Shown piece after piece: positions 20,063 through 28,541 of a stretch of 64,000 nt of DNA. Numbering within the stretch: the stretch's first letter is position 1; each line of letters begins with the position of its first letter. The translations under genes were made by a program, and so were the position numbers. Source of the stretch: a virus (taxonomy: Duplodnaviria; Caudoviricetes); the IMG/VR virus record IMGVR_UViG_3300044723_005784, positions 1 to 64,000 of that record; one strand, 5' to 3'. The notes below the pieces were generated by a model, which saw only the letters and a list, made by a program, of their open reading frames with translations, had not been told where the DNA came from and made no database searches.

Positions 20063-20983
20063 GTGAGCATAGAATCCCCCACACCAGAAGAACTAAAAGT
20101 TATGCAGGAGACTCTGCAACGAGCACAAATGCAACCACAGCAATCTGGTAATCCACTAAGTGGATATATGAGAACACCACAGATTTACCTTAGTTTACCC
20201 AGCAAGGGTAAATTTTGGAAACCTGGTAGCATTGATATGCCAGCTAATGGCGAACTACCAGTACTGGCAATGAGTACCAAAGACGAACTTATACTTAAAA
20301 GTCCTGATGCACTGATAAATGGCCAGGCAGTAGTAGACGTTATTGAGCATTGTATACCAAATATTAAAGATGCCTGGGAAATACCAGTGTGCGACTTTGA
20401 TGTTATTCTCATAGGTATCCGTATTGCCAGTTATGGCGAGCAAATGGAATACATGAGTACGTGCCCAGAATGCAAGGAAACTAACGAGTATGAAATAGAT
20501 CTACGCAGATTTATTGACATGACAGTAGACATATCTGGTTATGACCATATGACTGAATATCGAGATCTAAGAGTAAAACTTAAACCTACAACATATCGTG
20601 CAATTAATAGCAGTAACATGGAACAGTTTGAACAACAACGCATGCTTACAGTTGTAAATGCTACTGATTTAACTGAAGAAGAAAAACTCAAACAGTTTAA
20701 CGAAGTTTTTTCCAAACTTACTGATCTAAACGTCCGACAGATGGCAGAAACTGTAGAGTATATTGAAATGCCAGATGGAACCCTGGTATCTGACAGATTT
20801 TTCCTTAATGAGTTTATAGAGGGTGCTGACAGGAAAATTATCGATGTTGTGCAAAAGCATCAGAAAGTAATCAACGACGGCGTGCCTGAAAAAAACATCC
20901 CCACACAGTGTCCTGACTGTCAGCACAGTTATACAACACCATTTACGTTTGACCAATCAAATTTTTTCGAATCCGTATCCTGA
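20063..20983 (+). CDS. gp26: Baseplate hub assembly protein (T4 gp26-like)
   Basis: LSLPSKG, MSTKDEL, ILIGIRIASYG, two CxxC pairs (CPEC, CPDC) and C-terminal NFF. Confidence 0.8.
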   Translation: MSIESPTPEELKVMQETLQRAQMQPQQSGNPLSGYMRTPQIYLSLPSKGKFWKPGSIDMPANGELPVLAMSTKDELILKSPDALINGQAVVDVIEHCIPNIKDAWEIPVCDFDVILIGIRIASYGEQMEYMSTCPECKETNEYEIDLRRFIDMTVDISGYDHMTEYRDLRVKLKPTTYRAINSSNMEQFEQQRMLTVVNATDLTEEEKLKQFNEVFSKLTDLNVRQMAETVEYIEMPDGTLVSDRFFLNEFIEGADRKIIDVVQKHQKVINDGVPEKNIPTQCPDCQHSYTTPFTFDQSNFFESVS

Positions 20984-21036
20984 CCTTGAGCTCTGACGAA
21001 ATCCAGAAATTACTGGATGGTTATGATCAGGATACG
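20959..21036 (+). other. Putative programmed -1 ribosomal frameshift signal
   Basis: In-frame A AAT TTT TTC slippery run at 20959-20968, 5-nt spacer, then a perfect 10-bp stem CGTATCCTGA (20974-20983) / TCAGGATACG (21027-21036). Confidence 0.7.
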
Positions 21037-21198
21037 AAGAAATTTAAGAAGAGGCTCTTGGAGGCATGCTGGTACATGCGGGGCGGTCTCAGTTACAGCG
21101 AGCTACTGAATCTAGGTGTAAACGATATTCCAATTATAGAAGAAATTATTAAAGATAATCTAGAAGTTACTAAAAAGAGCGGATTGCCGTTCTTCTAA
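20986..21198 (+). CDS. gp51-like hub assembly protein, or C-terminal extension of a frameshift product
   Basis: 70 aa, CWYMRGGLSYSELLNL; TTG start without an SD; lies in the -1 frame relative to the gp26-like ORF. Confidence 0.7.
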   Translation: MSSDEIQKLLDGYDQDTKKFKKRLLEACWYMRGGLSYSELLNLGVNDIPIIEEIIKDNLEVTKKSGLPFF

Positions 21199-21419
21199 GT
21201 GATCTGGGTGTTTTTATCATCACTTGTCACGTACTCTTCAGCACGTAAAGTAAGTTTATTACCTATGCTATGTGGTTTTAAGGCAGCATCACCTTTGATA
21301 TACGTGAGTTCCACCTTATCAAATAAATCAAATTTGAATCCCAAGTCCTGGATTTTGTCAACAAATTCAATAAAAGCACTTTCAGCTTCGCTTTTTGTCC
21401 TTTTATCTATAGCATCCAT
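21195..21419 (-). CDS. Hypothetical protein, probably early-expressed
   Basis: 74 aa with AAGGA SD and a consensus sigma70 promoter upstream. Confidence 0.6.
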   Translation of the reverse strand: MDAIDKRTKSEAESAFIEFVDKIQDLGFKFDLFDKVELTYIKGDAALKPHSIGNKLTLRAEEYVTSDDKNTQIT

Positions 21420-21467
21420 ATATATATTCCTTTTTAGGTTTAGTATTTACACCTGGATAATACACTT

Positions 21468-21495
21468 ATTATAACTTACTATATAATTCTGTCAA
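21468..21495 (-). promoter_or_regulatory. Consensus sigma70 promoter
   Basis: TTGACA(21495-21490)-16 nt-TATAAT(21473-21468). Confidence 0.7.
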
Positions 21496-21502
21496 CCTAA
21501 AC

Positions 21503-21582
21503 GGATGAACTACGTTCATCCAAACACTTCACTAACGTTCCGTGTTTGATCTCTTAATAACTTGATCTCTTATAATTTGATA
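21503..21582 (-). repeat. GNA-loop hairpins and 11-bp direct repeats (origin-like)
   Basis: Perfect hairpin GGATGAAC-GTA-GTTCATCC (21521-21503); AAACAC...GTGTTT stem enclosing GAACGTTAGTGAA; TTGATCTCTTA at 21546-21556 and 21562-21572. Confidence 0.6.
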
Positions 21583-21594
21583 TTACCAAAGTGT

Positions 21595-21850
21595 TTCAGT
21601 CAGACGGAACCAATCCAAGGTTCCGTCGATTCTGGTGACATTACCGTCGTTTATCCAGCATCCGGAAGTAGGTATTTTTGGCTACTCTATGGGCTCTGAC
21701 CTTTCCCAACCTACGTCGATATCACGTATTTCTACGCTATCCCCAGCCTCGTTCCTAGTGCTAAAGGGTTTTCTAGAGTAATTTTTGCCCGCAACTCGCC
21801 AGTTCCAACCGCAGAAGCAGTCTCAAGGCGTTGATTCAGGGTTGCTATGT
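21595..21850 (-). ncRNA. Putative large structured non-coding RNA with pseudoknots, family unknown
   Basis: ORF-free region richer in GC than its flanks, with at least 9 complementary segments and a GAAA tetraloop hairpin; the G-U pairs work only on the minus strand. Confidence 0.6.
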
Positions 21851-21854
21851 AAGC

Positions 21855-22274
21855 CTATTTGTTAGATTCTGTAAGTATTTTTTGACTCTGATGAACACGA
21901 ACACGTATATGCCCGTTATACCATTCATCTGATTCTAAAACACGGTGCCTAAATTGTTCTCTTGCTTCAATGTAACTACACTCTCCCTTGCTGTAACAAT
22001 AGTAGAGTATCTCACGTTTAAAGCAGCTTTTGCCGAGTGCTTCGATGTCTGCCGTTAGTGCGTCTGATGAGCCATAATAATCACGCCAGTCTGATTCCAC
22101 AGTAGTGCGCCGTTTGTTTTTTCTGCCTTTGAGGGGTGGTTTAGATCGCCTAAATCGTGCCAGTTTTTTGCCAATGTATCGTCTGTTATTTGTAGTGTTA
22201 GTAATCAAGTAGACAAAACCTACTATGTCTTCTGGTAATTCGTCTACTGGTTGATCCTTGTATAACCACTTCAT
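21855..22274 (-). CDS. Minimal Seg-type GIY-YIG endonuclease-domain protein (139 aa from the ATG at 22274)
   Basis: GFVYLITN...YIGKK...YYGSS...FKREIL...E...YN matches the GIY-YIG/SegA N-terminal domain; Arg/Lys-rich insert; no C-terminal DNA-binding domain. Confidence 0.85.
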   Translation of the reverse strand: MKWLYKDQPVDELPEDIVGFVYLITNTTNNRRYIGKKLARFRRSKPPLKGRKNKRRTTVESDWRDYYGSSDALTADIEALGKSCFKREILYYCYSKGECSYIEAREQFRHRVLESDEWYNGHIRVRVHQSQKILTESNK

Positions 22275-22320
22275 GTTTATTATATATCCAGGAGCTACCA
22301 ACTGGTTGCATATTCCTGAT

Positions 22321-23163
22321 TCACAATTCTACCTCACGCTGCCATTGATTTTTAAAACTATTTTCCACTGCACTACATGTTCTTTTGCAAGTTGGATTGG
22401 GTGTATCAGTATTCCATGTTGCTTGCACATCTGCCATTTGTAATGTATTATTTAAATTATTGCCTAACCAACAGCAAGGATGTGCATCTCCAGTTGCACT
22501 TATATACACACTTGATTCTTGTAAAGCCATACAGTTGATACTGCCCTGTTCTATTTTAGGATTTTCATAACCATCTGGAAATTCCAAACCATCTATAAAG
22601 GCTCGTTTACTTACTTTTGCTCTAAACCAGGCAAACCCTAGCGTTTTTGCCAATTCCATACACTCATCAACCTGATGCTGATTGTGTTTGTAAACTAACA
22701 TGTCCCAGTGAGCTTCCCCCCCAGCGTTGATATAACTTGTACAGTTGTCAATTAATTTTTTCCAGATAACATTACGTCTGTAGATATGATTTGTGTCTTC
22801 TAATCCATCTATACTAAAAACCACATAGTCTGTAGGCATTGTAAAAATACCAGCAAGCTCTTTCCACCAATTAGTGGACTGTATAGCACCGTTGGTGTTC
22901 ATTCCTAATGTAATGTTTGGATTTACGCTCCTAAAGTAACGATAAATTTCCAGTGTGTTGGCACCTGCAGCAGGATCCCCATAATTGCCGCACATAAACA
23001 TTTTATCCAAACTCTGGATATCAGTGCTACTTAACTTTGCTTGTATCTGGTCTACAGTTAAATGATTGTGCAAGTCTGTAAATAGTGGATTTGTAGATCT
23101 ACTACACAGTGGACATTTGGCTTGACATACGTCAGTTGGCTCTAAATGAAGTACTTTATACAA
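22321..23163 (-). CDS. Radical SAM protein with C-terminal SPASM/twitch-like Cys cluster
   Basis: CQAKCPLC (CxxxCxxC), GDP, TNG, FSIDG, and C-terminal C...PCC...CKRTC. Confidence 0.9.
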   Translation of the reverse strand: MYKVLHLEPTDVCQAKCPLCSRSTNPLFTDLHNHLTVDQIQAKLSSTDIQSLDKMFMCGNYGDPAAGANTLEIYRYFRSVNPNITLGMNTNGAIQSTNWWKELAGIFTMPTDYVVFSIDGLEDTNHIYRRNVIWKKLIDNCTSYINAGGEAHWDMLVYKHNQHQVDECMELAKTLGFAWFRAKVSKRAFIDGLEFPDGYENPKIEQGSINCMALQESSVYISATGDAHPCCWLGNNLNNTLQMADVQATWNTDTPNPTCKRTCSAVENSFKNQWQREVEL

Positions 23164-24913
23164 CTTCTACGTCCGTGTCATAACTGGTGTAGCCATTCTC
23201 TTTTACAACTTTAAGCAGGTTGTTAACTCTGCCTGTAAGCTCATCCTTGTGACTAACAAGCCAAATACTCTTGTTGCGGTCTCTTGCCATCCGTTTAAGT
23301 ACTGCTAGTGCACTCTCGACTCCACTAACGTCCATTCCACTGTCAACAACTTCGTCAATAAACAACAAGTTGATAGGATGATATAGGCTTTCCCAAACGT
23401 CTCGGAACGCCCAACTTAAACTTAAAATAAGTCTATTACGCTCTCCTCTACTAAGGTTGTCAAAGTCTAGATCCCGCCCCAGTTCCTGTATTTCTACGCC
23501 TAGGTCGTTCATAAAACGAACTGAATGAGGCAATCCCATCTTGTCAAGATAATGAGTTAATCGAGCATTCAAGAACTGCAAGTTCTGATCAATAATACGT
23601 TTGCGTATGAAACTATCTTTATTAGTTAATAATTTTAATAAGAAGTCCTGGTGATCGCGTATACGTACTAGTTCGTTAACTGTATTCCAGTCAACAGGCT
23701 CAACACCAGTTTGTGTCATCTCCACGATTTGTTCTGCGTATGGATCGACTTCATTACTGCGATTTTCTAGCTCTTTTGCTAAACTATCCAAACTACTACG
23801 GTGGTTATATGCATCATCAATTGTATCATAAAATACTTTTGGAGCAACTCCCAACACACCTTCACTTAATATTTCTAAATGATCCGCACGTTGCGTTTCA
23901 TTAGCAAGTATAGACATAGTTGCTTCTTGTCTAGTAGTTGCTTTACTAGCCAAAATTTCTTCCTGCTTGCCGTCGTGAATTTCCTGACCACAGGTACTGC
24001 ATTTATGTTCTTCAAGTAGTGCAATTTCTTTATCTAGACGTAGGATTAACTTTTCTTGCTTGGTATTATCAGTGTCAATTCCAACAATCCAACGCTCTGC
24101 TTCTTCTCGCCGTTTCCTTTGTGCATAAAAATCTTCTAGTAGTTTATGATTAGCAAGCTCGCTATCAATATCAATGTGTGCTAGATCCTCAATGCCAGAC
24201 TTTAGTTTTTTTACGTCCTCGTCACGTTTAGCATGCCAGAGACGCTGACGTTTCTTTAGACTGTCAATCTGCTCTTCAACTCGCTTGTTTGCGTCTTCAA
24301 CTGCCTTAACACGATACTCTTCTTCAGTAATCATGTCCTTTGTTTTTTTATTCAGATCTTTAAGTGCATCTGCTTTTTCACTTAACATAGTGATACCCAG
24401 CATCTGTTCAATTATATCACGCTGATCATTTGCACTTAAACTAAGGAATGGTTGCGTATAAGTGTTAAGCGCAACCAGATGCTTAAACATCTCATGACTC
24501 ATGTGCAACAATTTGTCAATATAGTGTTGCGTTTCTCTACTGTCGCCTTGTTGTTCTTCAGTTTCAACTTCGCCAACCATAAACTTGAGTACGTTGGGCC
24601 GACGGCCACGTTCAATACGATACGTAATGCCGTGTAACTCAAAGTCAACAGTAACCATCATAGACTTGCCGTTGGTCTTATTAACTAGGTTATCTTTTTT
24701 AATATTAGTTAATGCTTGACCGTAGAGAGCATAACTGAGTGCGTTGATGATTGTGGTTTTACCCGTGCCATTTCTGGCGCCTAAGTCGTCACCTCCTTGA
24801 TCTAAGTTTTCACCCAGCACCAGAGTTAAGTCTCTACGGTCAAAGTCTACAGCCTGAGTTTGATTGCCCACGCTCATAAAATTCTTTACGGTTAGTGTAT
24901 TAAGTTTAAACAA
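23156..24913 (-). CDS. gp46: Recombination endonuclease ATPase subunit (gp46 / SbcC-Rad50-like)
   Basis: KNFMSVGN, Walker A NGTGKTT, CSTC zinc hook, LSRGE signature, LLFIDE Walker B, SH. Confidence 0.95.
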   Translation of the reverse strand: MFKLNTLTVKNFMSVGNQTQAVDFDRRDLTLVLGENLDQGGDDLGARNGTGKTTIINALSYALYGQALTNIKKDNLVNKTNGKSMMVTVDFELHGITYRIERGRRPNVLKFMVGEVETEEQQGDSRETQHYIDKLLHMSHEMFKHLVALNTYTQPFLSLSANDQRDIIEQMLGITMLSEKADALKDLNKKTKDMITEEEYRVKAVEDANKRVEEQIDSLKKRQRLWHAKRDEDVKKLKSGIEDLAHIDIDSELANHKLLEDFYAQRKRREEAERWIVGIDTDNTKQEKLILRLDKEIALLEEHKCSTCGQEIHDGKQEEILASKATTRQEATMSILANETQRADHLEILSEGVLGVAPKVFYDTIDDAYNHRSSLDSLAKELENRSNEVDPYAEQIVEMTQTGVEPVDWNTVNELVRIRDHQDFLLKLLTNKDSFIRKRIIDQNLQFLNARLTHYLDKMGLPHSVRFMNDLGVEIQELGRDLDFDNLSRGERNRLILSLSWAFRDVWESLYHPINLLFIDEVVDSGMDVSGVESALAVLKRMARDRNKSIWLVSHKDELTGRVNNLLKVVKENGYTSYDTDVEVV

Positions 24914-25695
24914 GTTTCAATTTCTTTCGTGTGTTTGAACCATTCTCTATAGTCGTACGGAGGTATTTCTTTAATATTATACTTTCTTTCGAGCCAAAAG
25001 AGCAAGTATCCTTGATCATGCAAACTATAATCGTCTAACTCAACATGATTTTTCGTTTCTAATGCGTCCTTTACTATATTAACTAGTTCCTCGGCTTTAT
25101 AATATTTGTTGTTTGATTCTAAGAATCCGTTGTGAAGCTCGTATGCTTTGTCTTTATCGTAAGAACCAACTACTGTTGACAACTGCTCTAACACTTTATC
25201 AAAGTTTACAAACAAATCACTTATGTTAATGTTAGTACACTCGTCTAACGGTTTAAAGTTATTAATATAGTAGTCGTTGTTTTCTTCGCCATAGTGATAC
25301 ATTAGCGTGTACTGTTCTCTTTTTTCCCACCACTCACCATCAAATATAAATTGTTTTCCTTGTGCTTTATATTTGCAGGTTTGTGTTACAATACTTTTAC
25401 TTTGCTCGTCAATACACATCCTAATTATAGGACTGTTTGGAAATCTTTCAGTTATGGGTTCTATGTAATCTTTATCAATGCCGCTGTCCACTAGCAATAT
25501 ATCATCTCTAAAAAGTTTTATATTATCCTCATAATGAGTCCAAGTTGATTTTGGAAAGTCGTGGCTGTTACCATTTGCGCTGAATTTAAAATCTTTATCC
25601 GGAGTATCTATAGCATTAAAACATATGCTAAGGAGTACGTTGATAAAGTTTCCAAATCCACCACTTGGATAATGTATAATAATAGGCTTTATCAT
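24892..25695 (-). CDS. P-loop sulfotransferase-like protein (tentative)
   Basis: N-terminal IIHYPSGGFGNFI resembles a PAPS-binding loop; overlaps both neighbouring genes. Confidence 0.4.
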   Translation of the reverse strand: MIKPIIIHYPSGGFGNFINVLLSICFNAIDTPDKDFKFSANGNSHDFPKSTWTHYEDNIKLFRDDILLVDSGIDKDYIEPITERFPNSPIIRMCIDEQSKSIVTQTCKYKAQGKQFIFDGEWWEKREQYTLMYHYGEENNDYYINNFKPLDECTNINISDLFVNFDKVLEQLSTVVGSYDKDKAYELHNGFLESNNKYYKAEELVNIVKDALETKNHVELDDYSLHDQGYLLFWLERKYNIKEIPPYDYREWFKHTKEIETCLNLIH

Positions 25696-26702
25696 AGGTT
25701 TCGGTAAATGTCTAACATAAGACTTTTGTCATACTGCGGACTGTCTAGTTGTGTGAGATGTGATGTAACAATACTGTCCACACTTTCAAAGTTAACTTCT
25801 CCTTGAAAACTCTGAGCATGCTCTTCTGAGCCTACCCTGGGGATAATACTAAGTTCTCGTAATCCAAATTCTGGAATAAATTGTTCCTTAATAAAATTTG
25901 CTTCTTCATAACTAATGTCAACGTCTAGTTCAACACGACAATACATGTTTGGCTTCAAAACAGTGTCTGTATTTTCAAGTACATCACTTAATAAAAAGCG
26001 ACGATACTTTGGGGCGTCGGGCCATTCAATATATTCAGGCTCACCGCCCCAGTCTAGCACCATCGCGCCGCGAGCGTCATCACCAGCATCCGCGTAGTTG
26101 TGTGGGAAACTATTACCAATGTATGTAATATTTTTTGCTGTTTGGCGTTTATGGAAGTGACCAGTAAACACCGTTTCACTTTTTAAATCCTCACGCCGTA
26201 AATCACCAACATCAGGCATGCGCACCATTGCGTTCATATAAAAGCTAGGCAATTCTAAATGCCCAAACATGTATTTGCATTCAATTTTAGATACCTGAGC
26301 AAACTCTTTGCCAACCAGCCAGGGCATAACACAAACATCACCTTCCTGCGTAATGTCGTCAAATAAGCGCACGTTATCATATTTTTTAAGCCACGCTATA
26401 CTATTCATCTCCCTGGTGTCACGATAATATTCATCGTGATTGCCAGGCAAGAATACCACCTGCGTAAACGCTTCACTAAGTTTGTCAAATGCTTGTATAC
26501 TATAGTTAAGCGTACTAATATTGATACTGGCACGGTTATGATGCCAGTCTCCTAGAAAAACACATGTCTCTGCTTGTTTAAGTTTTCCTTGTTCAATAAC
26601 AAAGTCAATAAAATCTAAACAATCTTGATTGTGTGTTTTACTATTTGACTTTAGGCCAAAGTGAATATCCGTAAAGAATATTGCCTTTTTAAATAAGTTC
26701 AT
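25692..26702 (-). CDS. gp47: Recombination endonuclease nuclease subunit (gp47 / SbcD-Mre11-like)
   Basis: DIHFG, LGD, GNHD, GHLE and GHFH metallophosphoesterase motifs. Confidence 0.95.
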   Translation of the reverse strand: MNLFKKAIFFTDIHFGLKSNSKTHNQDCLDFIDFVIEQGKLKQAETCVFLGDWHHNRASINISTLNYSIQAFDKLSEAFTQVVFLPGNHDEYYRDTREMNSIAWLKKYDNVRLFDDITQEGDVCVMPWLVGKEFAQVSKIECKYMFGHLELPSFYMNAMVRMPDVGDLRREDLKSETVFTGHFHKRQTAKNITYIGNSFPHNYADAGDDARGAMVLDWGGEPEYIEWPDAPKYRRFLLSDVLENTDTVLKPNMYCRVELDVDISYEEANFIKEQFIPEFGLRELSIIPRVGSEEHAQSFQGEVNFESVDSIVTSHLTQLDSPQYDKSLMLDIYRNL

Positions 26703-27733
26703 TTAGTTGCGTTCTCCGAGAAACTATTATCTGTAGAGGATTTTACACCAATGGATATTTGTTCCGCTGTAAAGGAAGTTGGACAAAATTTGCATTGCTC
26801 AATAGGATTGTTAATGTTGTCAATAAAGTTGTTGAACTCAGTATCATTACAATCATGGCTAAGAGGTTTGTAGCTATTAAGTATTATATAATCTTCTGCG
26901 CTGATGTCGATATTTTTTAATTGGTCTATTGCTGTAGGCAATGAATACGGAATATTACACTTGTATAGTTCTCCGGCTATAAAATGATGGCAAGTTTTGC
27001 TATAACAGACATCATGTGCAAGATCCGGATCGCTAGTGGAATCTACGTATAACGAACCATCTGCTCGCGCTTTCAACGCAGTGTTGTTAAACGACCAACT
27101 TTTAACAAGTTTGTACCAAATTTCACCATCAACTTTATATAAAATTTGTTGGTAAAAGTTTTTTAGATTAATTCCAATACCATCTAGCTCATCAGAGATC
27201 CATTCGTGGTTAGTGGGATTTGTAATATCTACAACTTGATCAGGCCAATCCTCGCCTTTTATAATATTATAATTTGTATTCCATTCTGTGATATCAAATT
27301 CTATCTCATAATTACAATCAGGCAAAAAGTTTATAATATCCTGATGCATAGTATCCCAATAGTTAATATCATGACAGGACAGGTGTATCCAAACTCTGCC
27401 CTTATATTTTTGGAGTACTTCTAATAATTGTGTATCCTTACGTCTGCTCCCATTTGTGGTTATTTCAATTATAGCATTAGGCCAAAGTTCAGCAACTCCG
27501 TGTACCCAATTATAGAGTTCCGGATTTAAAAAAGGTTCTCCTCCTAGTATTGCTATAGTGTTAATATCCAATCTATCTGCAAAATTTGCATAGGCAACCT
27601 TGCAGTCTTGCCATTTCTGAAAACCTTTTAGATTATAGTTGTTAAATCTATTACAATTACCACATGTATAATTACATACATTTGTTATATAAAACTCTGC
27701 ATACGGAAGTGTGGGCTTATGATTTTGCATCAT
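26699..27733 (-). CDS. Radical SAM protein
   Basis: CNYTCGNC, LGGEP, TTNG, and C-terminal C...C...C...CKFCP. Confidence 0.9.
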   Translation of the reverse strand: MMQNHKPTLPYAEFYITNVCNYTCGNCNRFNNYNLKGFQKWQDCKVAYANFADRLDINTIAILGGEPFLNPELYNWVHGVAELWPNAIIEITTNGSRRKDTQLLEVLQKYKGRVWIHLSCHDINYWDTMHQDIINFLPDCNYEIEFDITEWNTNYNIIKGEDWPDQVVDITNPTNHEWISDELDGIGINLKNFYQQILYKVDGEIWYKLVKSWSFNNTALKARADGSLYVDSTSDPDLAHDVCYSKTCHHFIAGELYKCNIPYSLPTAIDQLKNIDISAEDYIILNSYKPLSHDCNDTEFNNFIDNINNPIEQCKFCPTSFTAEQISIGVKSSTDNSFSENATK

Positions 27734-28517
27734 TGTTCTGAAACTGTCGGGTATAACTGGGATTCAGTCCATTCTGTTCCAGTATGTCGTCTCTGATATT
27801 TTGACCCTTCTTTTCCAGGTTAAGCACTCTGGTAAAACTGTTGGTGATTGTTGCAGTGTAGTAAGCAAAAGGATTGTCACTTTTGTCTTCATTAAACTGT
27901 AATCCCATATAGCACAACTGAGCTATAGCAGTGCCCTGCATTTCATCATTGTAGGTGTAGTTGCGCCAGTTGTATCTGGTACCATACCTCTCCACAAGTT
28001 TTAGGAACATCATTGCCAGGTTTTTTGTTATCTCACCACCTTCTGTGGTAAAGTGTCCGTTCTCCATCCCACCAGTCCAGTGGCTTTTGCCCACACATAT
28101 TAGTTCGTCGTTTTCGTCAAATCTAAAATGCTGATAGGGAGGAAAGTTGAGTTTAACATGATGATCCATTACTGTTTTAGGATTCTTTTTTCTACCAGGC
28201 TCAAGTGGAATATGGTCGTAGGACATAATTCTAAATACTAGATCATACTTGTCTATTTTTTTCCAGTCGATTGCAAACTGTGCTTGTTTTACCTGTTGGC
28301 CTTGCAGCACAGCTTCTTCATAAGCCTGTTTGCCCAGTCTATCGGCACGATTACGTTTGGCCTGTGCAACTGTACGTATGTTTACACGCTCTAAACTAGG
28401 TAGAATAATGTCATACTGATTATCGTTATCAGGGTCTACGTAGCTGCTAAAGGAATTTTTGGACTTGTGTATTTCCTTTAACAGGTCTTTGTTATTAAGA
28501 TACTTTTTACGTCGCAT
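27717..28517 (-). CDS. gp55: Late-transcription sigma factor (gp55-like)
   Basis: YLNNKDLL, NWRNYTYNDEM and FNEDKSDNPFAYYT motifs; lies upstream of gp47/gp46 as in T4-like phages. Confidence 0.9.
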   Translation of the reverse strand: MRRKKYLNNKDLLKEIHKSKNSFSSYVDPDNDNQYDIILPSLERVNIRTVAQAKRNRADRLGKQAYEEAVLQGQQVKQAQFAIDWKKIDKYDLVFRIMSYDHIPLEPGRKKNPKTVMDHHVKLNFPPYQHFRFDENDELICVGKSHWTGGMENGHFTTEGGEITKNLAMMFLKLVERYGTRYNWRNYTYNDEMQGTAIAQLCYMGLQFNEDKSDNPFAYYTATITNSFTRVLNLEKKGQNIRDDILEQNGLNPSYTRQFQNNDAKS

Positions 28518-28541
28518 GTTAATCCTTTATAATATACTACT

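Noticed and set aside
21546-21582. Mini CRISPR array
   Set aside because: Only two 11-bp copies separated by 5 nt, with no spacers and no cas genes
21595-21850. Group I intron carrying a GIY-YIG homing endonuclease
   Set aside because: The crossing A/B stems loosely recall P3/P7, but the conserved P7 (GACUA/UAGUC) and J8/7 sequences are absent and no interrupted host gene flanks the element
21595-21850. tRNA, tmRNA, RNase P RNA or group II intron domain V
   Set aside because: No cloverleaf or T-loop with CCA end, no GAGGAAAGUCC RNase P motif, and no AGC-triad domain V hairpin were seen
22275-22301. N-terminal extension of the GIY-YIG ORF given in the track (start 22301)
   Set aside because: The ATG at 22274 (MKWLY) is the more plausible start; the extension relies on a non-ATG codon
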